Shown here piece by piece: positions 1 to 9,300 of a stretch of DNA of 64,000 bases (positions are counted from its first letter, which is position 1; the number at the start of each line of letters is the position of its first letter). The notes below the pieces were generated by a model, which worked only from the letters and a program-made list of their open reading frames with translations, was not told where the DNA came from and made no database searches. This DNA is from Candidatus Algichlamydia australiensis. Lineage in GTDB: Bacteria; Chlamydiota; Chlamydiia; Chlamydiales; JAJFMI01. Position numbers and translations under genes: made by a program. The DNA is taken from assembly GCA_033977065.1 (NCBI GenBank), contig JAXCHI010000001.1:23403-87402 (forward strand), given 5' to 3'.

Positions 1-609
1 TTAGCAGAGCTACTTGTATATGACGATGTCTCTTTTAAAGATGTCATACAACCAACTTGCATAAGGGGAGTAGATATCATTCCCTGTGACACAACGCTTT
101 CATTAGCAGAAATGCAACTCCATCAAAAAAAAGAAAAAGAATACCAACTTCGTACAAAGCTTTCTGGCCTTGAAGGTTATGATTATGTGATTGTAGACAC
201 CACCCCAACTTACACTCTCTTGACAACCAATGTTTTAGTGTATTGCAAAGAGCTTCTTATTCCAACAAAGTTAGAAGGCTTCGGTATCGAGGGTTTAAAT
301 AGTTTTCTAGACATTATTGAAGAAACAAATAAAAATGTAGGATCCAAAGTGAACCACAAGATTGAACTACTGGGGCTAGTCATTAATCTTTTCGATCTAC
401 ACACTAAAGCTTCACGAACTGTCTACAAACAAATTAAATATGCGTTTGAAGATAAAGTCTTCAAAACTAAAATTCCAAGAAATGTGAAAATTGATGAAGC
501 TCAGATTGCAGGAAGACTTATCACAGATTATTGTCCAGACTGCGCTGGCGCCAAGGCTTACAAAAATCTTGCTAAAGAAGTGATCAAACGAGAGGTCGTA
601 ATTGTATGA
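1..609 (+). CDS. parA: ParA/Soj family partition ATPase (pGP5-like), 5'-truncated by window edge
   Basis: Frame is open from base 1. Contains YDYVIVDTTP (Walker B), IPRNVKIDEAQ and the AKAYKNLAKEV C-terminus typical of ParA. Confidence 0.9.
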   Translation, partial: LAELLVYDDVSFKDVIQPTCIRGVDIIPCDTTLSLAEMQLHQKKEKEYQLRTKLSGLEGYDYVIVDTTPTYTLLTTNVLVYCKELLIPTKLEGFGIEGLNSFLDIIEETNKNVGSKVNHKIELLGLVINLFDLHTKASRTVYKQIKYAFEDKVFKTKIPRNVKIDEAQIAGRLITDYCPDCAGAKAYKNLAKEVIKREVVIV

Positions 610-941
610 AAGAGAAAGGGTTTGATGATATAGGGAAAGAATTAAAAAAGAAGAGAGAAAAGATATCTTTTTCAAACTATAATAACTCAGATTCAAAAGA
701 AAAAGGGAAGGATATCAAACCTAAGATTAGGAAAAATCCTAAGGAAGAAGGGGAGGGGGGTGATAAATCTTCCTCAAAAAAAGAACTCTTACGAGTTGGT
801 GTAGTGTTACCACCAGAAGAACACAAAATGTTAATGGAGATGTATACAACTGGTATCATGAATGGTGAGAAAATAGACAGGACATCTCTAATCCGTAAAG
901 CAATTCGAATTTTGTATGAGCAAGAAAAGAGCTATAATTAA
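606..941 (+). CDS. Small ParA partner with probable C-terminal ribbon-helix-helix domain (type Ib centromere-binding protein-like)
   Basis: Overlaps the parA stop (ATGA). Disordered K/E-rich N-terminus followed by RVGVVLPPEEHKML...DRTSLIRKAIRILY, a beta-alpha-alpha pattern. Confidence 0.55.
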   Translation: MKEKGFDDIGKELKKKREKISFSNYNNSDSKEKGKDIKPKIRKNPKEEGEGGDKSSSKKELLRVGVVLPPEEHKMLMEMYTTGIMNGEKIDRTSLIRKAIRILYEQEKSYN

Positions 942-985
942 ATTTCTTCTGTCTTAAAATACAAATTTTTACACGATTATAAAAT

Positions 986-2341
986 ATGGGTAAGCAACTA
1001 GTTTTTGCATCTGAAGAATCCGAACGAATCATCTTGGGTCGCATGCTAAATGATGAACGAGATCGAGATTTTTCTTTCGAACACCTGAGTGTCGAAAAAT
1101 TTTTTTATACACAACATAAGCAGCTTTTTGAGCTTATCTCACAGTTAAAAAAGAAAAATATAAGTGTTACAACCGTTACGCTTATTGAGGAATTAAAAGA
1201 CCCTGAATTGGCTAAAAAGGTCGGTCACATGTCTTTCATTACTGGTTTAATGAATCTTGCCCCATCTCCAGTGCTATTGGAAGACTATATTCAAATTGTA
1301 AAGGATAACTGGGCGAAGCGTGAAGTCGCTAGCACGATTAATCACCTCAATACTTCATTAAAAAACGATGCTTCATTCAATATCGAGAGCGTATTGAGCT
1401 CCCTTCCCAAGAAGCTAGAATCTATTTCCAGATCTTTGGTGAGTAGGCACTCTGTCAGTTTTACTGAAATCAGCAGGGGAGGGGAGAAGTCCTTTATTGA
1501 CGAGTATGCGTTTAGGAGGAAGTACTTTCAAGAGAATAACAAGCCTTTTGTGGATGGAGTTTCTACTGGATACCTCGATGTTGACAGCATGCTTGGGGGG
1601 TTTCTCAACTCGAATCTCATCATTTTAGCTTCAAGACCAGGTATGGGAAAAACAGCATTAGCTCTCAATTTCTCAAAGAAGGTCGCCGAAAAGCATCCTG
1701 TTGGTTTTATCTCGTTAGAAATGACGGCTAACCAGTTATATGAAAGAATTCTCTCTATGGAAACTGGCATTTCTGGCTCTAGAATTAGAGAAGGAAAAAC
1801 GTCAGATTTGGAGTGGGGGAAACTAAAGGAGGCTGAAAAAGAGGTATCTAAGCTTCCGATTTTTGTTGCTGAAGGATGTCATGAACTCAAAGAAATTTGC
1901 TCGAAGGCGCGTTTTCTAAAAAAAGAGATGGGCATTCAGTTCTTGATCATCGATTATGTACAACTCATGTCAGCTAAAGGGGAGAATCGATTAGCAGAAG
2001 TATCGGCTATTACAAGAAGTCTTAAAAATCTCTCTATTGAGCTTCATATTCCTATCTTAGGGTTGGCTCAGCTATCTAGAAAAGTCGAAGAGAGGGCGGA
2101 TCATCGTCCATTCTTAAGTGACTTAAGAGAAAGTGCTAGCTTAGAGCACGATGCCGATTCGGTGCTCTTCCTATTAAGACAGGATTACTATGACAAGGAT
2201 GCTGGTCCCGGAAAAGCTGAGCTGATTATCGCGAAAAATAGACATGGTCAAACAGGCGATGTTGCGCTATCCTTTATTCATGAATCAGGAAACTTCTTAG
2301 ACTATACAGGAGAAGATACGTTTTATGACCAAGGTTTCTAA
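986..2341 (+). CDS. dnaB: Replicative DNA helicase DnaB (plasmid pGP1-like)
   Basis: LASRPGMGKT Walker A, SLEM, IIDYVQL, LAQLSRKVEER, SDLRESASLEHDAD, IIAKNRHG. Confidence 0.95.
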   Translation: MGKQLVFASEESERIILGRMLNDERDRDFSFEHLSVEKFFYTQHKQLFELISQLKKKNISVTTVTLIEELKDPELAKKVGHMSFITGLMNLAPSPVLLEDYIQIVKDNWAKREVASTINHLNTSLKNDASFNIESVLSSLPKKLESISRSLVSRHSVSFTEISRGGEKSFIDEYAFRRKYFQENNKPFVDGVSTGYLDVDSMLGGFLNSNLIILASRPGMGKTALALNFSKKVAEKHPVGFISLEMTANQLYERILSMETGISGSRIREGKTSDLEWGKLKEAEKEVSKLPIFVAEGCHELKEICSKARFLKKEMGIQFLIIDYVQLMSAKGENRLAEVSAITRSLKNLSIELHIPILGLAQLSRKVEERADHRPFLSDLRESASLEHDADSVLFLLRQDYYDKDAGPGKAELIIAKNRHGQTGDVALSFIHESGNFLDYTGEDTFYDQGF

Positions 2342-3606
2342 GAAAAAAGAGGGGTCAAAAACTCACGAGGAGTTTTTCAATCTTTTCCCGGAGGGGAAGG
2401 GAAAAAATAAAAGCTTCCCCCTCCTTCTTGAAAGACTGCAGAAGCTGGCTAAAGAAAAGAATCTTTCCCCTGAGCAGGTAAGTGCCCTTTTGAAGTCTCA
2501 TCCAGATATTGAAAGTGACGATGAAATCAAGACGTTCGTCGGTATTCTGGAAAAAAATTGGTCAGACTTTAGAAAAATGTTTGAGCCTGCGAAAAAGCAA
2601 AAGTTTCGCCAATCAGGTCATTTCGTAGATCAGAAATTGAAGCACTCTTATCCAGCAAGCAACCAGCCCTCTCTTTTTGACTTAATTCAGTCTCCCAAAG
2701 TCAAGGACCGTATCGCAACTGGGCAAATTGAGGTACAAGCAGTAGGTGTTAGACTTTCGTCCCCTGAGGATCGCCTGTTGAATGCACTCCAGGGGCTTCT
2801 CCATAGATATAGTTCTAATACAGACCCAGAGACACAAGAGTATTATAAGGGAAATGAGAGGAACGAACTTGTTATTTTTGGAAAAGATAAAAAAGAGAGC
2901 CCTACTCTAAGAATAAAGCCTGCTGATCTTTACAAAGCATATCTCGAAAGAGATGATTACTCAGGTGCGGAGATCAAGTACATCAAAAATTTGCTTATTA
3001 ACTTGGCTAACAAGAAATTCTTGATGATTTTTGATAGAAAAAGAAAGGCGAAAGTGAAGGGAAAAAATTGAGACCCTTACAGATAGAATTGAAGAGTACC
3101 AAGGCCTCATCAGGGTTATTAGCTATACCGAAGGCTTAAGTGAAAAAGAGATTAAAAATCTGAAAAAGGGAGATAACTCTGCTTTTGAAAAAAAGGGGGA
3201 GTTGATCATTGGCTTTAATCCGATTTTGGTAGATCAAATCAGCTCTAAGTATGTTGAATACCCTTCTGATATTAATAAGAGAATGGTAATTGCTGCTGGA
3301 GGGGGAAGGCTAGTAACTGAAGCCATGAATCTTTTGCGCGACTATCTATTGCGCTCTCTTTCTTGTAAAAGTTACAAACCTGAAATCAATGAAGACAAGC
3401 TTCCCTACATCCTGAAGTTAGATTCGTGTGTGAAGTTTCACCGAAAAAAGAGACTAAAAGAGCGCATTGAAGGCGCAATCCAAACGTGCAAAAACCTAGG
3501 CCTCATCCTTAACGTCGACATAGTCACAGGCTCTTTAGGGCAAAACAAATACGTTTTTGAGTTAAATCCCAATTTTATCACAGATACCCCTTCAACTGAC
3601 TCTTAA
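2325..3606 (+). pseudogene. pGP2-D-like chlamydial plasmid replication protein, split by a 1-bp frameshift near 3062-3067
   Basis: ORF 2325-3071 stops just after GGGAAAAAATTGA. The +1 frame is open from 3067 (IETLTDRIEEYQGLIRVISY...GELIIGFNPILVDQISSKYVEYPSDINKR) to the stop at 3606. Its position directly after dnaB matches pGP1-pGP2 order. Confidence 0.7.
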
Positions 3607-3613
3607 TCCAAAT

Positions 3614-4774
3614 TACCGTCATACTTGGCAGAAATGAACCCTTGATACGACAGTTTTTTTCCATTCATCTCTTAATTTTGCGCCTTATCTAACCGTCATA
3701 CTTGGCAGAAAAAATCTTTTAGATTGATTATCAGTGACTTAGTTTTATGAGTTTAATTCTTGATTTCATTAATACCGTCATACTTGGCAATTTTCTGACT
3801 TGCTAATACCGTCATACTTGGCAGGCGCCTCAGTAATTAAATATTGTCTTTACAAGGGTTTATATAAGATCAGCAGCTTCACTTCAGTACCGTCATACTT
3901 GGCAGAAACAGTTTCTTCTTCTTTACTTTTAGTGGCTTGTCTAACATTTTTCACCTTTGTTTGCGAATTCAATTACCGTCATACTTGGCAGCTGACATAT
4001 TTGAAGTACCGTCATACTTGGCAAAACAGGTGATCACAACGTCCTGTTGTTTATGTTCTTAAGGAACTTTTTTTTCTCCCCCTCACTACCGTCATACTTG
4101 GCAGAAGCCTTCAAAAAGAAGGCCGTCATACTTGGCAATTTTACTCTTAATCGCTTATATAAAAGGGGTTAAGTGTTTGTGTATAATTCTGAATACCTAT
4201 TTTTACCGTCATACTTGGCAGAAGGCCTTAAAAAGAATACCGTCATACTTGGCAGAAATCTTTGTAGTAAAGCCTTGTTCTTTATTGTATTGGGTCTTTT
4301 CACCAGTTTTGCTTAATTACCGTCATACTTGGCAGAAGACCTGAAAAGAATACCGTCATACTTGGCAATTTCTTTTTATCTTCTTGTATTTCAGGTGATT
4401 AAGCTCTTGCATGCACACTGTTAGTTTAGAGTTCTCAGGTGGTTTTTGATCATTTACCGTCATACTTGGCAGAAATATACTAGCGACCTGTGGAGCTGTA
4501 TTTTATTCCCGATTTACCGTCATACTTGGCAGTGTCCACCAAGTTTTAATTTGCTCACTAATCACAGACTATTTCTTGCCTCTTGTGGATTTACACGAAT
4601 TGGTTGTCCTGAAAGGTTTAGAACAATACTCTCTTTAGGAACTATTGTAGGGCTATTGTTTTCGTCATACTTGGCAGAGAACACCGTCATACTTGGCAGA
4701 AAATAGTGCTTTTTGCCGTCATACTTGGTTGACTTTGCCGTCATACTTGGTTGATTTTACCGTCATACTTGGCA
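3614..4774 (+). repeat. Array of 20 direct repeats of (TAC)CGTCATACTTGG(CA); iteron/origin or centromere-like array
   Basis: Counted copies start at about 3614, 3691, 3773, 3807, 3888, 3974, 4007, 4087, 4121, 4204, 4238, 4318, 4351, 4455, 4515, 4660, 4682, 4714, 4736 and 4758, all in the same orientation. Confidence 0.95.
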
Positions 4775-4891
4775 GTTTTTCTATAGATAAAAAGTGAGTG
4801 GTAGATCTTTTAAGATATACTTTAGAATATAGGTAGATCTTAAAAGAGGCTACCACGCTGTAATAGCCCCTCTTTGAGAGGGCTATACAGC
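4660..4891. promoter_or_regulatory. Putative core replication origin: 22-bp-periodic iterons, AT-rich segment and hairpin
   Basis: The last five copies are spaced 22,32,22,22 bp. They are followed by AT-rich DNA with GGTAGATCTT twice and the stem GCTGTAATAGCCC...GGGCTATACAGC (4857-4891). Confidence 0.55.
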
Positions 4892-5222
4892 TGTAGCTAA
4901 ATGCTTGAAATTCTTTGGTCTCATGGTACTGTGTTCTTTAGGCCTAGCTTATCAATTCTTATAGCATAGAATACACTCATTCACAATCTGTTGCACCTAT
5001 TCACATTTTGTTGCATTCCTCATAGGAGAAAGTCAGTCTCTAGAGTCTTTAAAGCTAAATTAAGAATATTAAAAAAAGCTCGCTTTTTCGTTGGTTTATT
5101 TTTTGTGAATAGCTTCTCTTTAGACCCAAATACCAAAATTCTCTGAAGCTTTCTACCATTGAGAATTTTTTCTGAAGGCAAATCAGTATGAGGCAAATTT
5201 TTTTAGAGATCAAAGGGTTAGG

Positions 5223-5729
5223 CTAGTTAGATTTAAACTTTTTAACCTTGCAGCCGAGCAACATAAAAATCATCGATGAAGCTGCTAAAAAACTGAAAAT
5301 TTGCGCTGGAACGCCAAAAACATCCAAAGAGCTAGTTGAACATCCTTGATTCGCATTGAGAGCTTTTAAAAAATCGCTATGAGTTTCTATTGATAGACTT
5401 GCTCTAAAACAAGGATCTGGGATTAAAGAGTATCGGACGAATATGTGGTAAGCAGCTACCAGGCATAAGACAGCAGAAGATCCTAAAAGCGCAAATAAAA
5501 CTCTTTTTTTCGAAAAGGAAAAGAGTCCAACTGCAGAAATCACCAAAATATTAAAAAACAAGATTTGCTGAACGATGCAAAGCAAGCAAGGAATATGTCC
5601 GGCACACATAGCAATTAGCGAACCTGTTAGGCAAGCAAGGGCGATTGAGCCACAAAAAAGAAAGGGTCGGTTTTCTAGAGAGATTAAAAAGTTACCCATT
5701 AACGACTTCAATTTTGACATCAAAGCCAT
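5223..5729 (-). CDS. dsbB: Disulfide bond formation protein DsbB family
   Basis: Four hydrophobic segments, PCLLCIVQQ (CxxC) motif and a second periplasmic Cys pair (DPC...GCS). Confidence 0.75.
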   Translation of the reverse strand: MALMSKLKSLMGNFLISLENRPFLFCGSIALACLTGSLIAMCAGHIPCLLCIVQQILFFNILVISAVGLFSFSKKRVLFALLGSSAVLCLVAAYHIFVRYSLIPDPCFRASLSIETHSDFLKALNANQGCSTSSLDVFGVPAQIFSFLAASSMIFMLLGCKVKKFKSN

Positions 5730-6144
5730 TTAAACGCTCTGTAACGGCTTTTTTATCCGCAACTCCATACCATTCATCCCTGAACGTATTTAACTTAAAC
5801 CCTAAGCTTTTTAAAGCTTCTTTTAGTTCTAATGGGGGAGGTGAGGGGAAAGACAGAATGATTCTTGAAGAGGAAGCGCTTTTATTTTGAGAGTTGATAG
5901 CCAACTGATTCCAATTAGAGACCTTGCTATTATCCTTCATGTCTAGAGCGATTTGGAGAAAAGCACCGAGCAATGTCTTTTCTGAAAAGTCTGAAATACC
6001 AGCAGTTCGCGCAAGCTCCCCAATCTTGATTAACTTTCTAGTTTTCTGTTTTCTTTCTCGTTCCCTTAGGCGTCGTTCCTTCTCCTCTAATTTAGCTTTT
6101 TGCAGCGCTATCTTTTCTTTTTGTCTCTCAATTACTGCCGTCAT
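5692..6144 (-). CDS. traD: Ti-type conjugal transfer protein TraD (relaxosome accessory, MobS-like)
   Basis: Coiled coil ERKQKTRKLIKIGELARTAG...TLLGAFL; divergent from traA. ATG at 6144 preferred over TTG at 6156. Confidence 0.75.
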   Translation of the reverse strand: MTAVIERQKEKIALQKAKLEEKERRLRERERKQKTRKLIKIGELARTAGISDFSEKTLLGAFLQIALDMKDNSKVSNWNQLAINSQNKSASSSRIILSFPSPPPLELKEALKSLGFKLNTFRDEWYGVADKKAVTERLNGFDVKIEVVNG

Positions 6145-6289
6145 TTTCAATTCCAAATTCGTTAACTAACGACTCCCATCTTACATGATTACAATCCCTA
6201 AATCAAGTACTCCAATGGTTCTAAATAGAACCTAAAAATTAATGAACTCTAGAAAAATCACATAAAATACGAAGCCTCTCTGAAATGCT

Positions 6290-6333
6290 GCAGTAAATTA
6301 TACGCAATATGCAAACTACGTTTGCGCTTGCGT
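6290..6333. promoter_or_regulatory. Putative MOBQ-type oriT
   Basis: AATTATACG followed by the nested inverted repeat CGCAA-TAT-GCAAAC-TAC-GTTTGC-GC-TTGCG, located between divergent traD and traA as in Ti-type oriT regions. Confidence 0.5.
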
Positions 6334-6382
6334 CTTTTTGCTCATTAAGATAAAAAAGAAAAAGCGATTTTGGAGAGAATTT

Positions 6383-9300
6383 GTGGCAATAGGTTTCGCA
6401 AGGTTAGAGTTTGTAAAAAGATCTGAAATGAAAAATGCATGTTACAAAGCTGCGTACGTATCGAGATCAAGAGTTGTATTTGAAGGGAATACAGTAATGC
6501 CAGGAAAAGTCTACGATTTTTCAAGGCAAGAACCACCAGTTTATCACGAAGTGCTATTGCCAGAAGGGGCGAGTGAAAGCTTTAAGAGTGTAGAAAAACT
6601 CTGGAACCTGGCGGAGAGGACAGAATCAAGAAAAAATTCTCAAACAGCTCTTGAGATAGTCCTAGCGCTTCCAGATGATGCAGTCGTAACACTTGAAGAT
6701 CGCAAAGAATTAGTGAAAACCCTAATCCAAAAAGAGCTAGTGGATAAAGGATTAGCAGCACAAATAGACATCCACCAACCTAAAAGAGAAATCGAATTTA
6801 CAAAAAGCTGGAAGGACCAAGGGATAACAGCAGGAGAGCGAGGAGAAATCATCCACGAGCTCAATGGCAAATACACAATAAAGCTTAATACAGGGAAAAG
6901 CAAAGGGCGACAACTGCTTTTAAACCCAAAAGAGTTTAGCGGCTTCATAGAAAAAGAGCACAACTGGCACGCTCACGTCCTCGTAACAACAAGAAGATTT
7001 GATCCCACAGGGAAGCAACTAGGAAACAAAGCAAGAGATCTCATGCCAGGAGTTAGAAAAGGGAGAGTGATCTCAGGATCTGATTGGGGCAAGCTGTGGA
7101 GCAATCATCAGAATGAATACTTCAAACAAAAAGGATACGCACTCCAAGTGGACCACAATGGAATCGTACCACAAGAGCACCTTGGACCAGTACGGATGAG
7201 AGGTCGAGCCTTTTCCCTGATGGAAGAGCACGATCGAATCGCATTAATGAACCAAAAAAAATCAAAAGAGCCAGACTCTGTATTAAAAGCACTTACCAAA
7301 CACAAAAGCTTCTTCACTAAAGAAGACCTTGACCGTTACCTCGACAAACATACAAGCGTAAACGAACTGAAAGGATTTAAAGAGAAATTTTGGTCTCAAG
7401 ACAACCTCATCCATTTGGTTGATCGCGTTAAAGGAGAAGAGACCGATAAATGGACATCAAAGGAAGTGTTTGCTGAAGAGAGAAAAATTCTTAGAATTGC
7501 AGAAAAAATGTCTGAAAAGAGAATTTTGTCCACAAGCTGGGAAAAAGAGATTACGAGCAATAGCCAAAGCTTGAATGAAGAACAAAGCAAAGCATTTAAG
7601 GGGATCTTAGGAGAGAAAAACTTGAGTTGTATACAAGGCTATGCAGGAACAGGAAAGAGCTATCTTTTGAATGCTTTGAAAAATGCATACACCTCAAAAA
7701 AAATTAAAGTAAGAGGATTTGGCCCAGACTCAGCTACAGCAAACGTACTAATTGAAAAAGGTTTGGAAAACTCTGAAAATATCCACCGATTTCTATTTGG
7801 ACTAAAGCATGGAAAGAGAGAGATTACTAAAGGCAAAGAGGTGTGGATTGTAGACGAAGCGGGAAAGCTAGGAAACCAACTGCTCTCAGAGCTTTTAATT
7901 GCGGCTGAAAAGAAGCGAGTTAAAGTGATTTTATCAGGAGATGCCGCTCAGCTTCCTTCTGTAGATAGGGGAGGGATGTTTGCAATCTTTTGTCAGAAAT
8001 TTGGATCCCATGAGCTTGAAAATATCCAAAGGCAAAAAGAGACCTACCAGAGAGAAATTTCTAAGAAACTTGCAAAAGGAAAAATGGGGGCAGCTCTCGA
8101 TCAGCTCTCATGCAGAGAGGGACTGAAGTGGACAGAAACAAAAAAAGAATCAATAGAAGCTCTTGTATCACAGTGGGCAAAAGATAAGGATAATTACCCT
8201 GGAGAAGAGCTCCTCATGGTGGCTCATAAAAATAGTGAAGTACGAGTACTTAACGAGCTAGCTAGACTTGTAAGAAAATCGAGAGGAGAGATTCAAGATA
8301 AGGAGTACTTTTGTGAAACAGCAAAAGGAGATTTTTACGCGAGCGTAAATGACAAAATTGAATTTCGCGCTAATAATAAAGAGCTTGGAGTTACTAACGG
8401 GCAGACAGGAGTACTTATTTATGCAAGTGAACGGAAATTCACAGTAGCGATTAATCAGCGTGGAAAAGCCTCAAAGAGAGTCTCCTTTAATCCAAAGAGA
8501 TTTACCTCTTACCAGCTTGGTTACGCAAGCACTTATTACCGTTGTCAGGGAAGAACAGTAGATAGAGCATATGTGCTTCATAGCTCCTCAATGAATAAAG
8601 AGATGTTTTATGTAGGTCTTACACGGCATGAAAAAGATACAGCACTTTACCTCTCAAAAGATGAAACTTTTTCACTCGCAGATTTAAAAAGACAAGCATA
8701 TAGAAAGGGAGAAAAATCCACGACCCTGCAGTTTACTTCTCAAGATGAGATTGTTGACGAAGAAAAAAGAGAGAGCAAAAGGGAGAGAGTGCAGGAACTA
8801 AAAGGATCGGAACATATACGAGACAGAGTAAAAGGACATACCCTGTCCTTATGGGGTGAATTCGTAGGTCGAGGAGCCAACGCGCTTCTTAATCATCGAG
8901 ATAGGAAATTAGACAAAGAATTTTATGGTGCACCTAAAATCCCTGCCATAAGAGGTAAAGCCACTGCAGTTTCTAAAGAGTTACAATTAAAAGACTTTAC
9001 CAAACTCACCTCAAATATAAGCTATAAACTACAAAACATTCCTGAGAAAACCCCTTTGGAAGAGAAATGGGATGTCTATCAAAGTGCAAGTGCTGCGATG
9101 AAAGAGACAAGAAAAAGTAGCCCTCATAAGGATCTGATAGAAAAATACGTAAAAGCATCTAAAGAAGCCCAACAAATGAAAGAGGTGTCTGAACTAGAAG
9201 CAGCTTCAAGGAATATTCCGCTAGCGGGAGTTTCTCGATACAGAACATGGCAAAAGACATGCGGATTGAGAAATGCTTTGGCAGATGAAGTTTTGCAAAA

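Noticed and set aside
3800..4744. Short ORFs with recurring YRHTWQ / PSYLA peptides
   Set aside because: These are translations of the DNA repeat in different frames, not proteins.
3614..4774. CRISPR array interpretation of the 17-bp repeats
   Set aside because: The repeat is too short and non-palindromic, spacers range from 5 to about 130 bp, several short spacers resemble each other, and there are no cas genes. Its position after the rep genes fits iterons.
6338..6382. TTG start at 6338 for traA
   Set aside because: GTG at 6383 has an RBS and gives the typical MAI.. relaxase N-terminus.
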